From the NCBI RefSeq assembly GCF_022045235.1, contig NW_027266286.1, forward strand, positions 20,336,001 to 20,400,000: DNA of 64,000 nucleotides, written 5' to 3'. The notes below the pieces were generated by a model. That model did not search any database. It was given only the letters and a program-made list of their open reading frames with translations, and was not told where the DNA came from. A program made the translations under genes and the position numbers. Below, piece by piece: positions 37,322-48,260 of this stretch. Numbering within the stretch: position 1 is the first letter of the stretch; each line of letters begins with the position of its first letter. Origin of the DNA: Haliotis cracherodii. Taxonomy: Eukaryota.

Positions 37322-38953
37322 TATATTGCTTTCAGTGAAAAGATGTCATCTCTGAAGTAACTTAGTTAGATCTATAGGTCATTCACACAAACTCCAATCA
37401 CAATTTTCTCCCCTTTTTTTTATTTCGAGACAAAGTCGCTACAAATAGATGGACAAGGGGAAGCACTGATGGTAACAGACAAGCTGAATTTGTTTGAAAA
37501 ATGTACTTACATGAATATCACCAAAGTTTTGTTCAACGACAAAGATTTATAAGGTGCTTTATTTGCCGGTCCACAGGGACTGGCAGTCACATGAATTACC
37601 AGTCCAAGCCTGATTTTACCGGTAAAAAATTGGTAATTACCGGTAAATGGGAACGCTGATTAGGGTGAGAATTAAAATCCTAAAATGGCAACATCAAAAA
37701 CAGGGAATCATGATTTTCACATTTACAAAGTGCTCAATTTATGATTGAAGATTATCATGTACTAAACACAGGGATGAGAATGAATATTTTCTTTTTCAGC
37801 TGAAAGGTCGTTGCAATGTAGTGTGGTCCATAATTTGGGGGCGATTATGGGGGAATCCATCAGATTTTAACAAATTTGATGTCACTAAAATTTGCGGACC
37901 TGCGGAAGGTTCTCAGCCCTGTAAACAGTGTCATATTTCATTTAAGGCATATGCATGAGAAACAGTTGGCAACATGGATATCATTTTGTCATGACATTTC
38001 CTGAAAATACTATTGTAATGTACAGATGTATATAATAAATCATACATTTTTAATAAACTGTGACGTCACTGTGCATGTCAAATTGTTGTCATTTGTAGAC
38101 AAGTATGTGATCTAGCCGATGATAAAACACACACAATAAAATTTTCATCCTACAGTGTACTATACAAATACACTTCTAGACTATTCTGTATTAGTACTGT
38201 AAGATTTTAGCTGCTAACTTTGGAAGGTTGCTGTCAATGTTTTATCATTTCAAGACAAATTCTGCGATTGCAGAAAGATTTGCAGAAAATGTAACTTTCC
38301 GCAGAATTGCAGAAAAATCGTTCAATCTGCCTTTTATTTTATCAATTAGTAAACTAATTGTCATCATTTTTAAGCATTTTAATCAAACTTTCCATTCCAA
38401 TATTGCCCTAAACAATTAATATGTGATTCAAACATGCAAAATAGGACTATTCATAAAACAAAATAATGCTTTTTAAACATTCTTGTGGTATTATGACTAT
38501 ATAAACTGTTTACAGCTAACCATAAATAAATATGTGACACTGTGCATATTTATTTGCATGTCTTGAAATGTCTAAATGCAAGGGATTATAGTTTTTAAAG
38601 GAAGAAAAAGAGTTTGTATTAATGACCGGGGGAATGTTTTTACCACAGAATTGTACAATTTTAGCCACATAGTTTTGGTAATTTTCCTAATTTTGATAAT
38701 TTTACCCCAGAATATGTCTATATGATACAATATTTAAGAACGATTTCCCCAAAATTATTGTAAAAAAAATTTAGTTCCACCAGTAATTCCAGCCTAGTTC
38801 GGCAAGGGTGGAAACTGGACTTTTACAGTCAGTCAACTCCCTTGCCTCAGGAAGATGGTACAGGGATATCAGGATGTGTTGTTCAACCATACACTGTGAT
38901 AAATCTGACTGAGCCATTATGCATGATATTTCCTCATCAAGTCAAGGATGATG

Positions 38954-38959
38954 TTTATT
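38954..38959 (-). terminator. Candidate polyadenylation signal AATAAA of the 118-aa gene
   Basis: tttatt on the + strand just past the stop codon. Confidence 0.45.
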
Positions 38960-38967
38960 GTGTTGTG

Positions 38968-41900
38968 TCAGCGCCACAGCAGTGAGAATGTCACACACAC
39001 CAGGCACAGCAGCATGGAGTAGACGTTCATCGGGGCACCGCCTGAAATTAGAAATAAGCTGAGTGACAAAGAGCGAGTACATACTGAGACAAGCTGCTGA
39101 TGTTGCAGGTCATGGTTCCAGTGTTTAACCTGCTTCTTATTATCTTCCCTTGTTCCTGGTGGACTGGCAGCTCTAAACTTTACCAATACCCCCTAATTGT
39201 TTTCAGTCCCAACTTTAAACAAATAAAATAACTTATGAAAATTACCTTGTTTTAATGTTCAATAGAATGACATCATCTCTGAAATAACTTAAATAGATCT
39301 ACATGTTATTGACACAAAGTTCAGTCACAATTTTCTCTCTCTCTATTTTTTTTAATATTCAGAGACTGTCCCTACAAATATATATTTAACCTCGAAACCA
39401 AGAGAAATTATATTTCCTTGCACTAAGGATAGACAAGGGGAAACCCTGATGGTAACAGACAAGCTGGCTTCGTTCGAAAAATATACTTGTATGAATATCA
39501 CCGATGTTTTGTTTAACAACAAAGATTTATAATGGAGCGACCATTTGATTTCTATGGGGGGGGCCGGAAGTATTTACAAATGAATAGTTTGTTGGAGATA
39601 ATCAGTAAAATAAATAGAATGTTTACTACTGTGAGAAAAATGAATAGTTTGTTTCCAGATATAATTTTGCATGTCATTGCAACATTTATCTATTAAATTA
39701 AAGAATTATTCCAGCATTATAAACGTAAAAAATTTCCGCCGCCTTCGGCGCAACATCACTATTACTTTAATCTTATTTGTTATTGTCTATAGCTGTTCAT
39801 GTTATAATACACCACAGGCTGCATTTGCTGAAATATGATTGCATATTTTACTCTATAATAAAATTGCAAAATTACCATCTGAAATGAATAGTTTGTTCAG
39901 CTGTATGTTACAAAAAAATAGTTTGTTAGAAATGGCTTCAGAAAAAAATAGTTTGCTGAGAAAACAACTTCCGGCCCCCCCATAGAAATCAAATGGTCGC
40001 TCCCTAAGGTACTTTATTTGCCGGTCCACAGGGACTGGCAGTCAAATGAATTGACCATCCAAGCTTAATTTTACCAGTAAAAAAAAATGGTAATTGCTGG
40101 TAAGAAGGATCACTGGCTTCAATGTTTTGGCAATAACAAATATGTTTCCCAAATCTAGAGTGCAACCTCTAGTGATCAAGTCAGGACCAGACAAATCAGT
40201 GATGGAGATTATGAGCAACGAGCCACATCGTCGTAGTAATATGGCACACTGTCTACTAACATTCAGTCTGACCACAAGGGCTGGGACAATACACCAACTG
40301 TGCAATCCATACGTATCACGGTACCTTGTTCACGATCCACTACGTATCACAATACCTTGTTCACGATCTGATACGTATCACAATATCTTGTTCACGATCC
40401 GATACGTATCACGGTACCTTATTCACGATCCGATACGTATCACAATACCTTGTTCACGATACGATATGTATCACAGTACCTTGTTCACGATCCACTACGT
40501 ATCACAATACCATGTTCACGATCTGATACGTATCACAATATCTTGTTCACGATCCGATACGTATCACGGTACCTTATTCACGATCCGATACGTATCACAA
40601 TACCTTGTTCACGATACGATATGTATCACAGTACCTTGTTCACGATCCGATATGTATCACAATACCTTGTTCACGATCCAATACGTATCACAATACCTTG
40701 TTCACGATCTGATACATATCATGATGCCTTGTTCACCATCCGATTCGTATCACAATACCTTGTTCACGATCTGATACGTATCACAATACCTTGTTCCGAT
40801 ACGTAGGGTGTGGTGAAAGCCATCTGTTTCACAGACATAATGGCCAAATACCTGGTACACTGACGATTTGCAGTTGGCAGTGTAAAGTGTTGGGCAATGG
40901 ATGAAAATATTTATGTTTTCACCACTAATTTTCACTATTTTATGTTTGTTGTTTAACGCCACACTCAACAATATTCCAGCTATATGAAAAGAAGCAAATC
41001 TGAACTAGACAATCCAGTGATTGACATCATGAGCATCGATCCATGCAGGGGTAGAAACTAACATATATAGTCCACTAGTCCTTATAATGATAACATATAG
41101 CAAAACCCTTAAATATGGCAAATGTCTACTAGTCCTTATGATACCTTAACTATTGGGCAGTTTGGCAAGGACTACAGGACTAGTGCCAGTTTCTAACGCT
41201 GCCATGTAGTTTGGATACGATGACATGCATCAAACAGTGTTAGAAACAGAAATCCTATTCTAACCCGGATCTTCAGGGGTCAAATTTATTATTTCACTAA
41301 TAATTAGTCTGTGTTGTAACAGTTATAAAGTAAACATTTAAGGTATGAATCATTATCAATATGTTTTTCTTTGCGTGCGACTGTGTTTGTTTTGTTTGTT
41401 TATTGTTTTACACCGCACTCAGCAATATTCCAGCTATAATTACGGCGGTCTAAATAATTGAGTCTGGACCAGACAATCCAGTGATTGATATCATGAGCAT
41501 CGATCCACGCAATTTGGATTGATGACATGCATCAACCAAGTCAGCGAGCCTGACCACCCGATCCCATTAGTCGCTTCTTACAACAAGCAGTCGTGATTGA
41601 TGCTTGTATTAACAAGTAAATAATTGCAATCCACCGGTTCATTGGTGAATCATCTCACTACCACTAACCACATATAGAGAATTAAGTCACCTCTCCAAAC
41701 CAGCATATGTTCCTGGTAAGCTACTCTAACCCAGGTTGGTTGGTTGGTTGGTTTGTTGTTTAACGCCGCACTCAGCAATATTCCAGCTATATGACAGCGA
41801 TCTGTAAATAATCGAGTCTGGACCAGGCAATCCAGTGATTAATATCATGATCATCAATCCATGCAATTGGGATTGATGACGTGCATCAACCAAGTCAGCG

Positions 41901-44900
41901 AGCCTGACCACCCGATCCCGTTAGTCGCCTTTTACGACAAGCATAGTCGCCTTTTACAGCAAGCATTGGTTGCTGAAGACCTATTCTACCCCGGAATACT
42001 CTAACCCAGGCACTCCACAGGGGTACCTGCAGCAGTGTATACCATGATATAGTCAATAACGTACTTGTAATTTCACAATCCGAGATACTCCAAATTATAG
42101 TTTTCACAGATGCGATCTCAGCATCAAAGACAATTTTTTGAAAGATGTCACATGATGACTCTTCTTCCCTCAGACAGCTCAGGTAGGTGTTCTGCTGCCT
42201 GGAACAGAGAGAACAGCGTGAGACGGAGTTGCACATCATAAGGTTTTGGTTGGTTGGTTGGTTTGTTGTTTTACCCCGCACTCAGCAATATTCCAGCTAT
42301 ATGACGGCGGTCTGTAAATAATCGAGTCTGGATCAGACAATCCAGTGATTAATATCATGAGCATCGATCCACGCAATTGGGATCGATGACATGCATCAAC
42401 CAAGTCAGCGAGCCTGACCACACGATGTCGTTAGTCGCCTTTTAGGACTAGCATAGTTGCCTTTGAGGGCACGCATGGGTTGCTGATGACCTATTCTACC
42501 TGATCTTCACGGGTCGCACATCATAAGGCCTGTTTGGCATGGACACTGAGGTTTGATATCTCATCTGCAAAATGGAAGCCTGTCTGCAGAGCTACAGTAG
42601 CAGCATAATTTCAAATATATAAATGTGCAATGACATTATTCGAATCCTCTTACAGCATTGCCATATGTCCTGTATTTTGGCCGCAACCACACTAAAACTC
42701 AATCTTCACTGTCAACTGGTAACAATTATTATTGCCAATTTTAATTGGTCACGTATACCTAAGGACAAAAGTGATGATGTTCTAATCTGGACACAGCAAG
42801 GTGTTGGGGCAGTGAGAATAATCCTTCCAGGCCTTTTTATTCGAGATTTTACTTAAAAAACAAGCTCTCAAATGTGTTCTCTTTTGCCTTGAAGACTCAA
42901 GTGATTCAGCAGAAGATGGGGCCCATAGGCTTTTTTAAGATTCTCTTTTGTCAATTTAGATTGTAACAAATTCTGCCTGTACACACACTGTGAGTGAGTG
43001 AGTATGGTTTTACGCGAGATGGTATACACACTGTGGTGAAATGTCTTCTTTAACCCTAATGCCTCTTTAAACTCCATCAAGGTACACTGATCAATTTGTA
43101 AACAAATAAAATTCACATCATAAATTCATTTTTATTAAGGGGGGAGGGGGGGGTTGCACAGGGGGCACGAGGTGCGATTTGCTGTGCAGAGTTGTGTCCC
43201 TTGGGCATGCAAGACACCTATGATTGTGGATTCGAATCCTGGTTCGCCCTAATTATGTTTCTAGATTTGTCGGCACCATACCCTGCTCGTGGGTTGCACG
43301 GAAGTGGTAAACGAAACCAGCATCACTTCGGGCTTTCCTCCCACATTAAGCTGGAATACGACTTAAACCCAACTCACTCACTCATTGTTACAATTCATTT
43401 TCAATCTTTAGTAAATAGATTTGGTGACAGTAATATAAATTATGCTTAGGGTAGATCTAAGTTACTTACAAACAGTAAGCACTGGTGCCATTTGATGTGC
43501 TGTTCATTGTTGTGGGAGGGGGCCTACAGGCAGTCAATTCACAAGAACTCACTGCCACTGGGATGACCCACACAACCGCCACTGAAACAACCACAGCATC
43601 AGGAAAATTCTGGGATGAAGCATTAGGATCATAGATAACTTGAGTTACTGTTGATAGATGGCATAAAGTATGCTACCCAGCTAACAATTTCAGGTTATGG
43701 CAACTTTGTGTTTACGTGGTTGTGACGTTAAGATATTATATCCGTCCACAGTTCTTCTGTGGACTATTTGTTGTGATAACGTTGTATTTTACGTTATGGA
43801 ATGTTGTATTTTACATTGTGGTAATGTTGTACTCTACGTTGTTCTGCCGACTACCATGGACGCTGTCACAACAACGTGAACTAACTTTGTGTTAGAAGGA
43901 TGAAATAAGTTGTGACGACCCTATCTCATGACAATACCCCACGAAAATGTTGTAAAAACATCCCAAAAACATTTCGCTACATGTTCCGGAATTGTTTTGA
44001 AAACATGTCTTATTCAGGTCAGTGTGTATGGTTCGAGATACCCTTTATCAATGTTTTGAAACCAGGGCGTCCAACAGTCCTGTTAACAGTTAGGTTGTGT
44101 TTTGCTGACAATGTCCAAAACGTAAAAATACCACCGAGCTGTTACCACATGACTATAACAAATAATCAGACAGGGTAACCCTTTAAGCTTGTACTGCAGG
44201 AAACAAAATAGGAATGGCAGACATGGTAATCAAAATATAGGATATTTAAGAATTGAATTTCAAAAGTAGCATTTTAGTGATCACTGGCATGTTTTGTTGT
44301 TTTGTTGTTGTTTTTGTGTTGTTGTTTTTAGGGGGGGGGGGTTCTTATCGGGTTGTTTTTTTTTATCAAATCGCTGATAAGATAATCGTCGCCGATAAGT
44401 ATAGAATCGTTTAGAATGTTTTGGAAAATACGCAAACACGAACGCCGAAGTGTACATTCCGCCATATTGGATAGATTTCACAAAATCACGTTTCAGGTAT
44501 GCCGGCTATGAGACGCCTAATATAAGATCACGTATATTTCAAACTCAGTTGCGATACATGCATCCCCGAATTCCACATACATTTTGGAATTAAATGACAA
44601 ATAATCTTTGTCACCAATTTAAAGTATCTAGTTGGAATCAAGCGAAATAAATTAGATCTAGATATGGAAACGAACACTGTACTAGTAAAACTGTACTTGT
44701 TGAAATGTAAAAGCAAAATTCAGATTTTACACTGTGTAGCATTTTCTCCTATCCATCGTCTAGTATTGCATACATTGGCTCACGCGTTTGATGCTATTCG
44801 TGGGAAGGGTATCGTAGCACGAATTATGGAATTTAAAAATATAGATCTACAATACAACAAGCAAGTAAATTCAACAGAAATCGTAAAAGTTTCCGTCCTG

Positions 44901-45882
44901 AATGACTCCATGACTGACGGAAAGTCACGCACGACGACGGTAGTTATTTGCATTTCTGACTAATTTTCTCGGTTACATTGAAAAACAAATAACAGTACGC
45001 AGATAGTCAGAATGTGTCTGATTACTTACATGACACATTTATGTATTTACGATCCCTTAATCAACCAAAATCCTCCTGGAAATCCCGCGTACTGTTGTCA
45101 ATGAACACGCCAATCTATAAAAGTGATATATCTGGTAGTGATGTCATACGGAAGTAAACATTGTTGTAGATATTTGGTCATTTCTTTGAGGTGAAAACTT
45201 TAAACTCGGCATCCAGCGTGTTCTTTGATTTTATCTAGTTTGCATCATCAACATCGCCTTGAAAACTCACAGATATGGCAGAAACCTTTTTGTGTAGGGT
45301 CACATTATTTATACGTAGTAAGCAGTACGTCGGATGGCGTCACTCATGACCGCGGTGTTATGTATTAATGCGCCACTGCGATCATCAGAATATAGGCAAA
45401 ATGTATCGATTCGATGGTGAAAAGATGCGATTTTAGGGTGTGTAAGAAACAGGTTACTGCACTCGTGTCTGCCAGATACCATTGATCTTACAACTCGTTG
45501 TTTCAAAGCGTATCTAGCTCGCTTTCATTCGTTGTAAGATCAGTGGTATCTGACAGGCACTCGTGTAGTAATCTCTGTTTCCCAGTCCATTTTTGCACGT
45601 TGCAGACCGCCGCTAATTTGCTAAGATTCTTAAAACATTTGCGATAACTGTTTACAGAATCAGTTTCACACACTGATTTGTTAAATATGTTTGTTGTTTA
45701 CATAAAATGTCATATTACGTCAATATTGTTTCGCCTTCGCCTAGGCTAGATCGGAAAAGAAATGTTTCTCACAAAACATACGCTATACCGTAATTACTAA
45801 AAGCAGGAACTCTAAGATCATAAACTCTTGTTTCGAGCATCTTACCACAAACTAGAATCACTGAGGCTATTACGTTCATCAT
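38968..45882 (-). CDS. Small secreted, probably GPI-anchored 6-Cys protein, RGM-N-domain/neuritin-like; complement(join(38968..39041,42065..42198,43470..43581,45846..45882)), 118 aa
   Basis: Four exons with canonical donors (gtaaga, gtaagt, gtacgt), pyrimidine-rich CAG acceptors and consistent phases (357 nt). Protein: MMNVIASVILVCVAVVWVIPVAVSS-CELTACRPPPTTMNSTSNGTSAYCLQQNTYLSCLREEESSCDIFQKIVFDAEIASVKTIIWSISDCEITS-GAPMNVYSMLLCLVCVTFSLLWR. It has a hydrophobic N-terminal signal and a hydrophobic C-terminal tail, with AATAAA 8 nt after the stop. Confidence 0.82.
39533..40004. mobile_element. PIF/Harbinger-type MITE
   Basis: ~37-nt TIRs ggagcgaccatttgatttctatggggggggccggaag, TAA TSD; the empty paralogous site (gatttaTAAggt) is visible at about 37544-37555. 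Confidence 0.9.
40306..40803. repeat. 31-nt minisatellite, about 16 copies
   Basis: Unit cacgatccgatacgtatcacaataccttgtt. Confidence 0.92.
40944..41279 (-). mobile_element. SINE family A, deleted and interrupted
   Basis: Homology; MITE insertion at 41046-41201. Confidence 0.75.
41046..41201. mobile_element. Small TIR element inserted into a SINE-A copy
   Basis: caggggtagaaact ... agtttctaacgctg with flanking ccatg duplication; the SINE resumes on the other side. Confidence 0.55.
41385..41590 (-). mobile_element. SINE family A, 5'-truncated
   Basis: Homology to the other copies. Confidence 0.85.
41736..41995 (-). mobile_element. SINE family A
   Basis: TSD tactctaacccagg. Confidence 0.92.
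42244..42515 (-). mobile_element. SINE family A (~270 nt, no tRNA head), full length
   Basis: 13-bp TSD gcacatcataagg; (AACC/AAAC)n tail. Confidence 0.92.
43161..43384 (+). mobile_element. SINE family C, internally deleted
   Basis: Homology. Confidence 0.82.
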
Positions 45883-47166
45883 GGAGTGTGTAAAAGATCA
45901 CGTTTTCCGACCAGTGGACGTTGTCGTTTGGGAGGAATCGTTTGGGTCAAAACTCCGTTTGGCGCCCGTAACTAGTGTATTGGCAGTTTTCAGGGCGAAA
46001 TAGCGCTGCGGGGAGCTTGCGGTTTGAACGTCATTTTCATAACGCTCTCCTTCCCATAGTTCTTTGCGGTAAACCAGTAAGCGCGGGAAGAACGTCTGAC
46101 AATCACTGTGCGACTACGGGTCACAATTATTATTGTCGTCTCAATTGTGACAATAAGAATGAACTCCCCTGGTAAATGGTAGCCGATGGCAAAAAAAAGA
46201 AGCTTTGTAATGAACATGATCAAGATTTAACTAATCTTTACTAAAATATCCGAAATGTATTTTCAGAGTGTATGGATATCCAATAAGGGGTGCAGGCAAA
46301 AACGGCAAAACGTCACCGATTTCTCTGGCGAAAACGGCTACTATGTGTCGGGTAGATGAATGTCTCGATGAGTCTACTTTAGATGTCGTGATAACTTTTA
46401 TGTCTTGGTAGACCGTATATAAGGCCACGTAGTATCATTCGTCACCGTTCGTATCTTCCCGGAATGGGACTAGTTGGTCCAGAATGCCGTAATATGTGTT
46501 TTCGAAAATAGTTTCGTTTCATGAAAAATCAATCATTGAAGTGATAAGATAAGATGAGACAACGCTTTTTCCGAAGAAAAGTGGTCTCGGCCACATATAC
46601 AAATAAATATACAATCACAAACGTAGCCTAATTGACATTAAATGTAGCGCTAGTGAATAAATGCTCAACATTTTTTTTGGTTCTCAAGCTTTAAGAAGCT
46701 GACACTCCGAAATCTCTGCCAAAAACAGAGTCGATTGTACGATTCCGACTATATCATCATTGGTTTATGTATCACTCTCAAAACCGGTGGCATTCGTCAC
46801 AAACACATGCAAAGGCAAATCAACCGTACGCGTGAAACAAAACACGGGAACACATGGTACAAGTGAAACTAGGGAATTGCATCGGGTATTTTTTTTTTGT
46901 CGCTGAATCGTAAATGTCCTCCACATGCCTACAATAAAATGTGTTGAAAGCTTTAATGAGGCCTTGAAGTTGTGACCTTATAAAACAGCTTCTGAGTTAC
47001 AGTCGTATGACGCGCGTTGAAATCTTGTTAGAATTTTTAAGAGCATGCTCGATTGTACCTCGAAAGTTGTGAAATGTAAACACCAAAGACTGGAGCTGCC
47101 GGTATATTGCTCTACATAAAGGAAAAGTTGACTATTGGAAAGTTGAAGTCATCTCTGTTGTCATAC

Positions 47167-47332
47167 GGGGCGGTCGGGTAGCTTAGTGGTTAAAGCGTTC
47201 GCTCGTCACGCCGAAGACCCGGGTAGAATTCCCGACATGGGTACAATGTGTGAAGCCCATTCTGATGTCCCCCGCCTTGATATTGCTGGAATATTGCTAA
47301 AAGCGGCGTTAAACCGTACTCCCTCACTCACT
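47167..47332 (+). mobile_element. SINE family B
   Basis: TSD ttgtcatac. Confidence 0.92.
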
Positions 47333-47879
47333 CTCTTGTCATACAGTCTTGTGGAGAGTGTTTTGTCACTCTGAATCTTTTTGCACAGATCTAAATATGA
47401 AACAGATGAGGCCTTCTCAATGGTCTCCTTTATTTCTAGTTCAGGTGCATGGGTAAATCAGTGGAAGGCTATTTGATCATTATTGGAGGACATCTGACCA
47501 TCGATATACCTGAAGCTTAAGTTAAACTTCTTGGCCAAATTACCTTGTTTTGATTTTGCCGAGCAGAAATTATGATGCATATGCATAAAGAAACAGATCA
47601 CTAAGAAGGGGAGCATTTAGTGCCAATAGGGATGCCTACATCTTCACCTGATGATGATGATGGTATGGTATATATATTCTGTTTGTATCCCGTGTGAGTT
47701 GAGAATCAATGATGGTTCCCAGGTATTATATTTGTCCACATTACTTCATTATCAACAACAACTGGATATACACATGAGTTATCTTTCCCAAAATCTAATA
47801 CCATTTCATTTGTTTGGGGTTTTTCACATTTAAACACGGGCAGTTATCCTTACACCAAGATCCAAAATAACGTCTCAGA

Positions 47880-48260
47880 TAAGACCTGCAAGTGAAGCGT
47901 AATCTGCACATCGTACAGGAAAACCAATAACAAAACGGCTAATGCATTCATTGGCGTACAGCATTAATAAAATGGGCGGGATGGCACAACCTTGTAGGGC
48001 CCCTGTAGAAGCGCGAACAAGTTGAACGGGTCCCATTTAGGGCGATGGACTGTGTTGACAATAAAACATTTGACCCATTTGAAAATACGTGAGTTAACAC
48101 CCATCTTTGTCAGCTTTTGCATAACAAAGTGAGGCTGAATAATATTAGAAGCGGATGAACAATCGACGCACACTCTCATTTTATACGATTTACTGTTATC
48201 TAGATAGTTATAAATTTTATGCAGTAGAGTATGTGTTGCGTCGGACTACATGCTCCTGAA
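47880..48260 (-). mobile_element. Highly decayed LINE RT fragment
   Basis: VDCSSASNIIQPHFVMQKL resembles FVDFSSAFNTIQP. Confidence 0.55.

Larger units (their letters stand above)
36067..37658. mobile_element. hAT-like non-autonomous element hosting the Tigger insertion; second copy at about 39155-40105 hosts the Harbinger MITE
   Basis: Ends cagtgtcccc / gggaacgctg; colinear homology between 37330-37640 and 39265-40095. Confidence 0.6.

Noticed and set aside
41960-41995. CTGAAGA hammerhead-like core on the antisense of SINE A
   Set aside because: No downstream GAAA core or stem II/III arrangement; the motif is simply one arm of the head hairpin.
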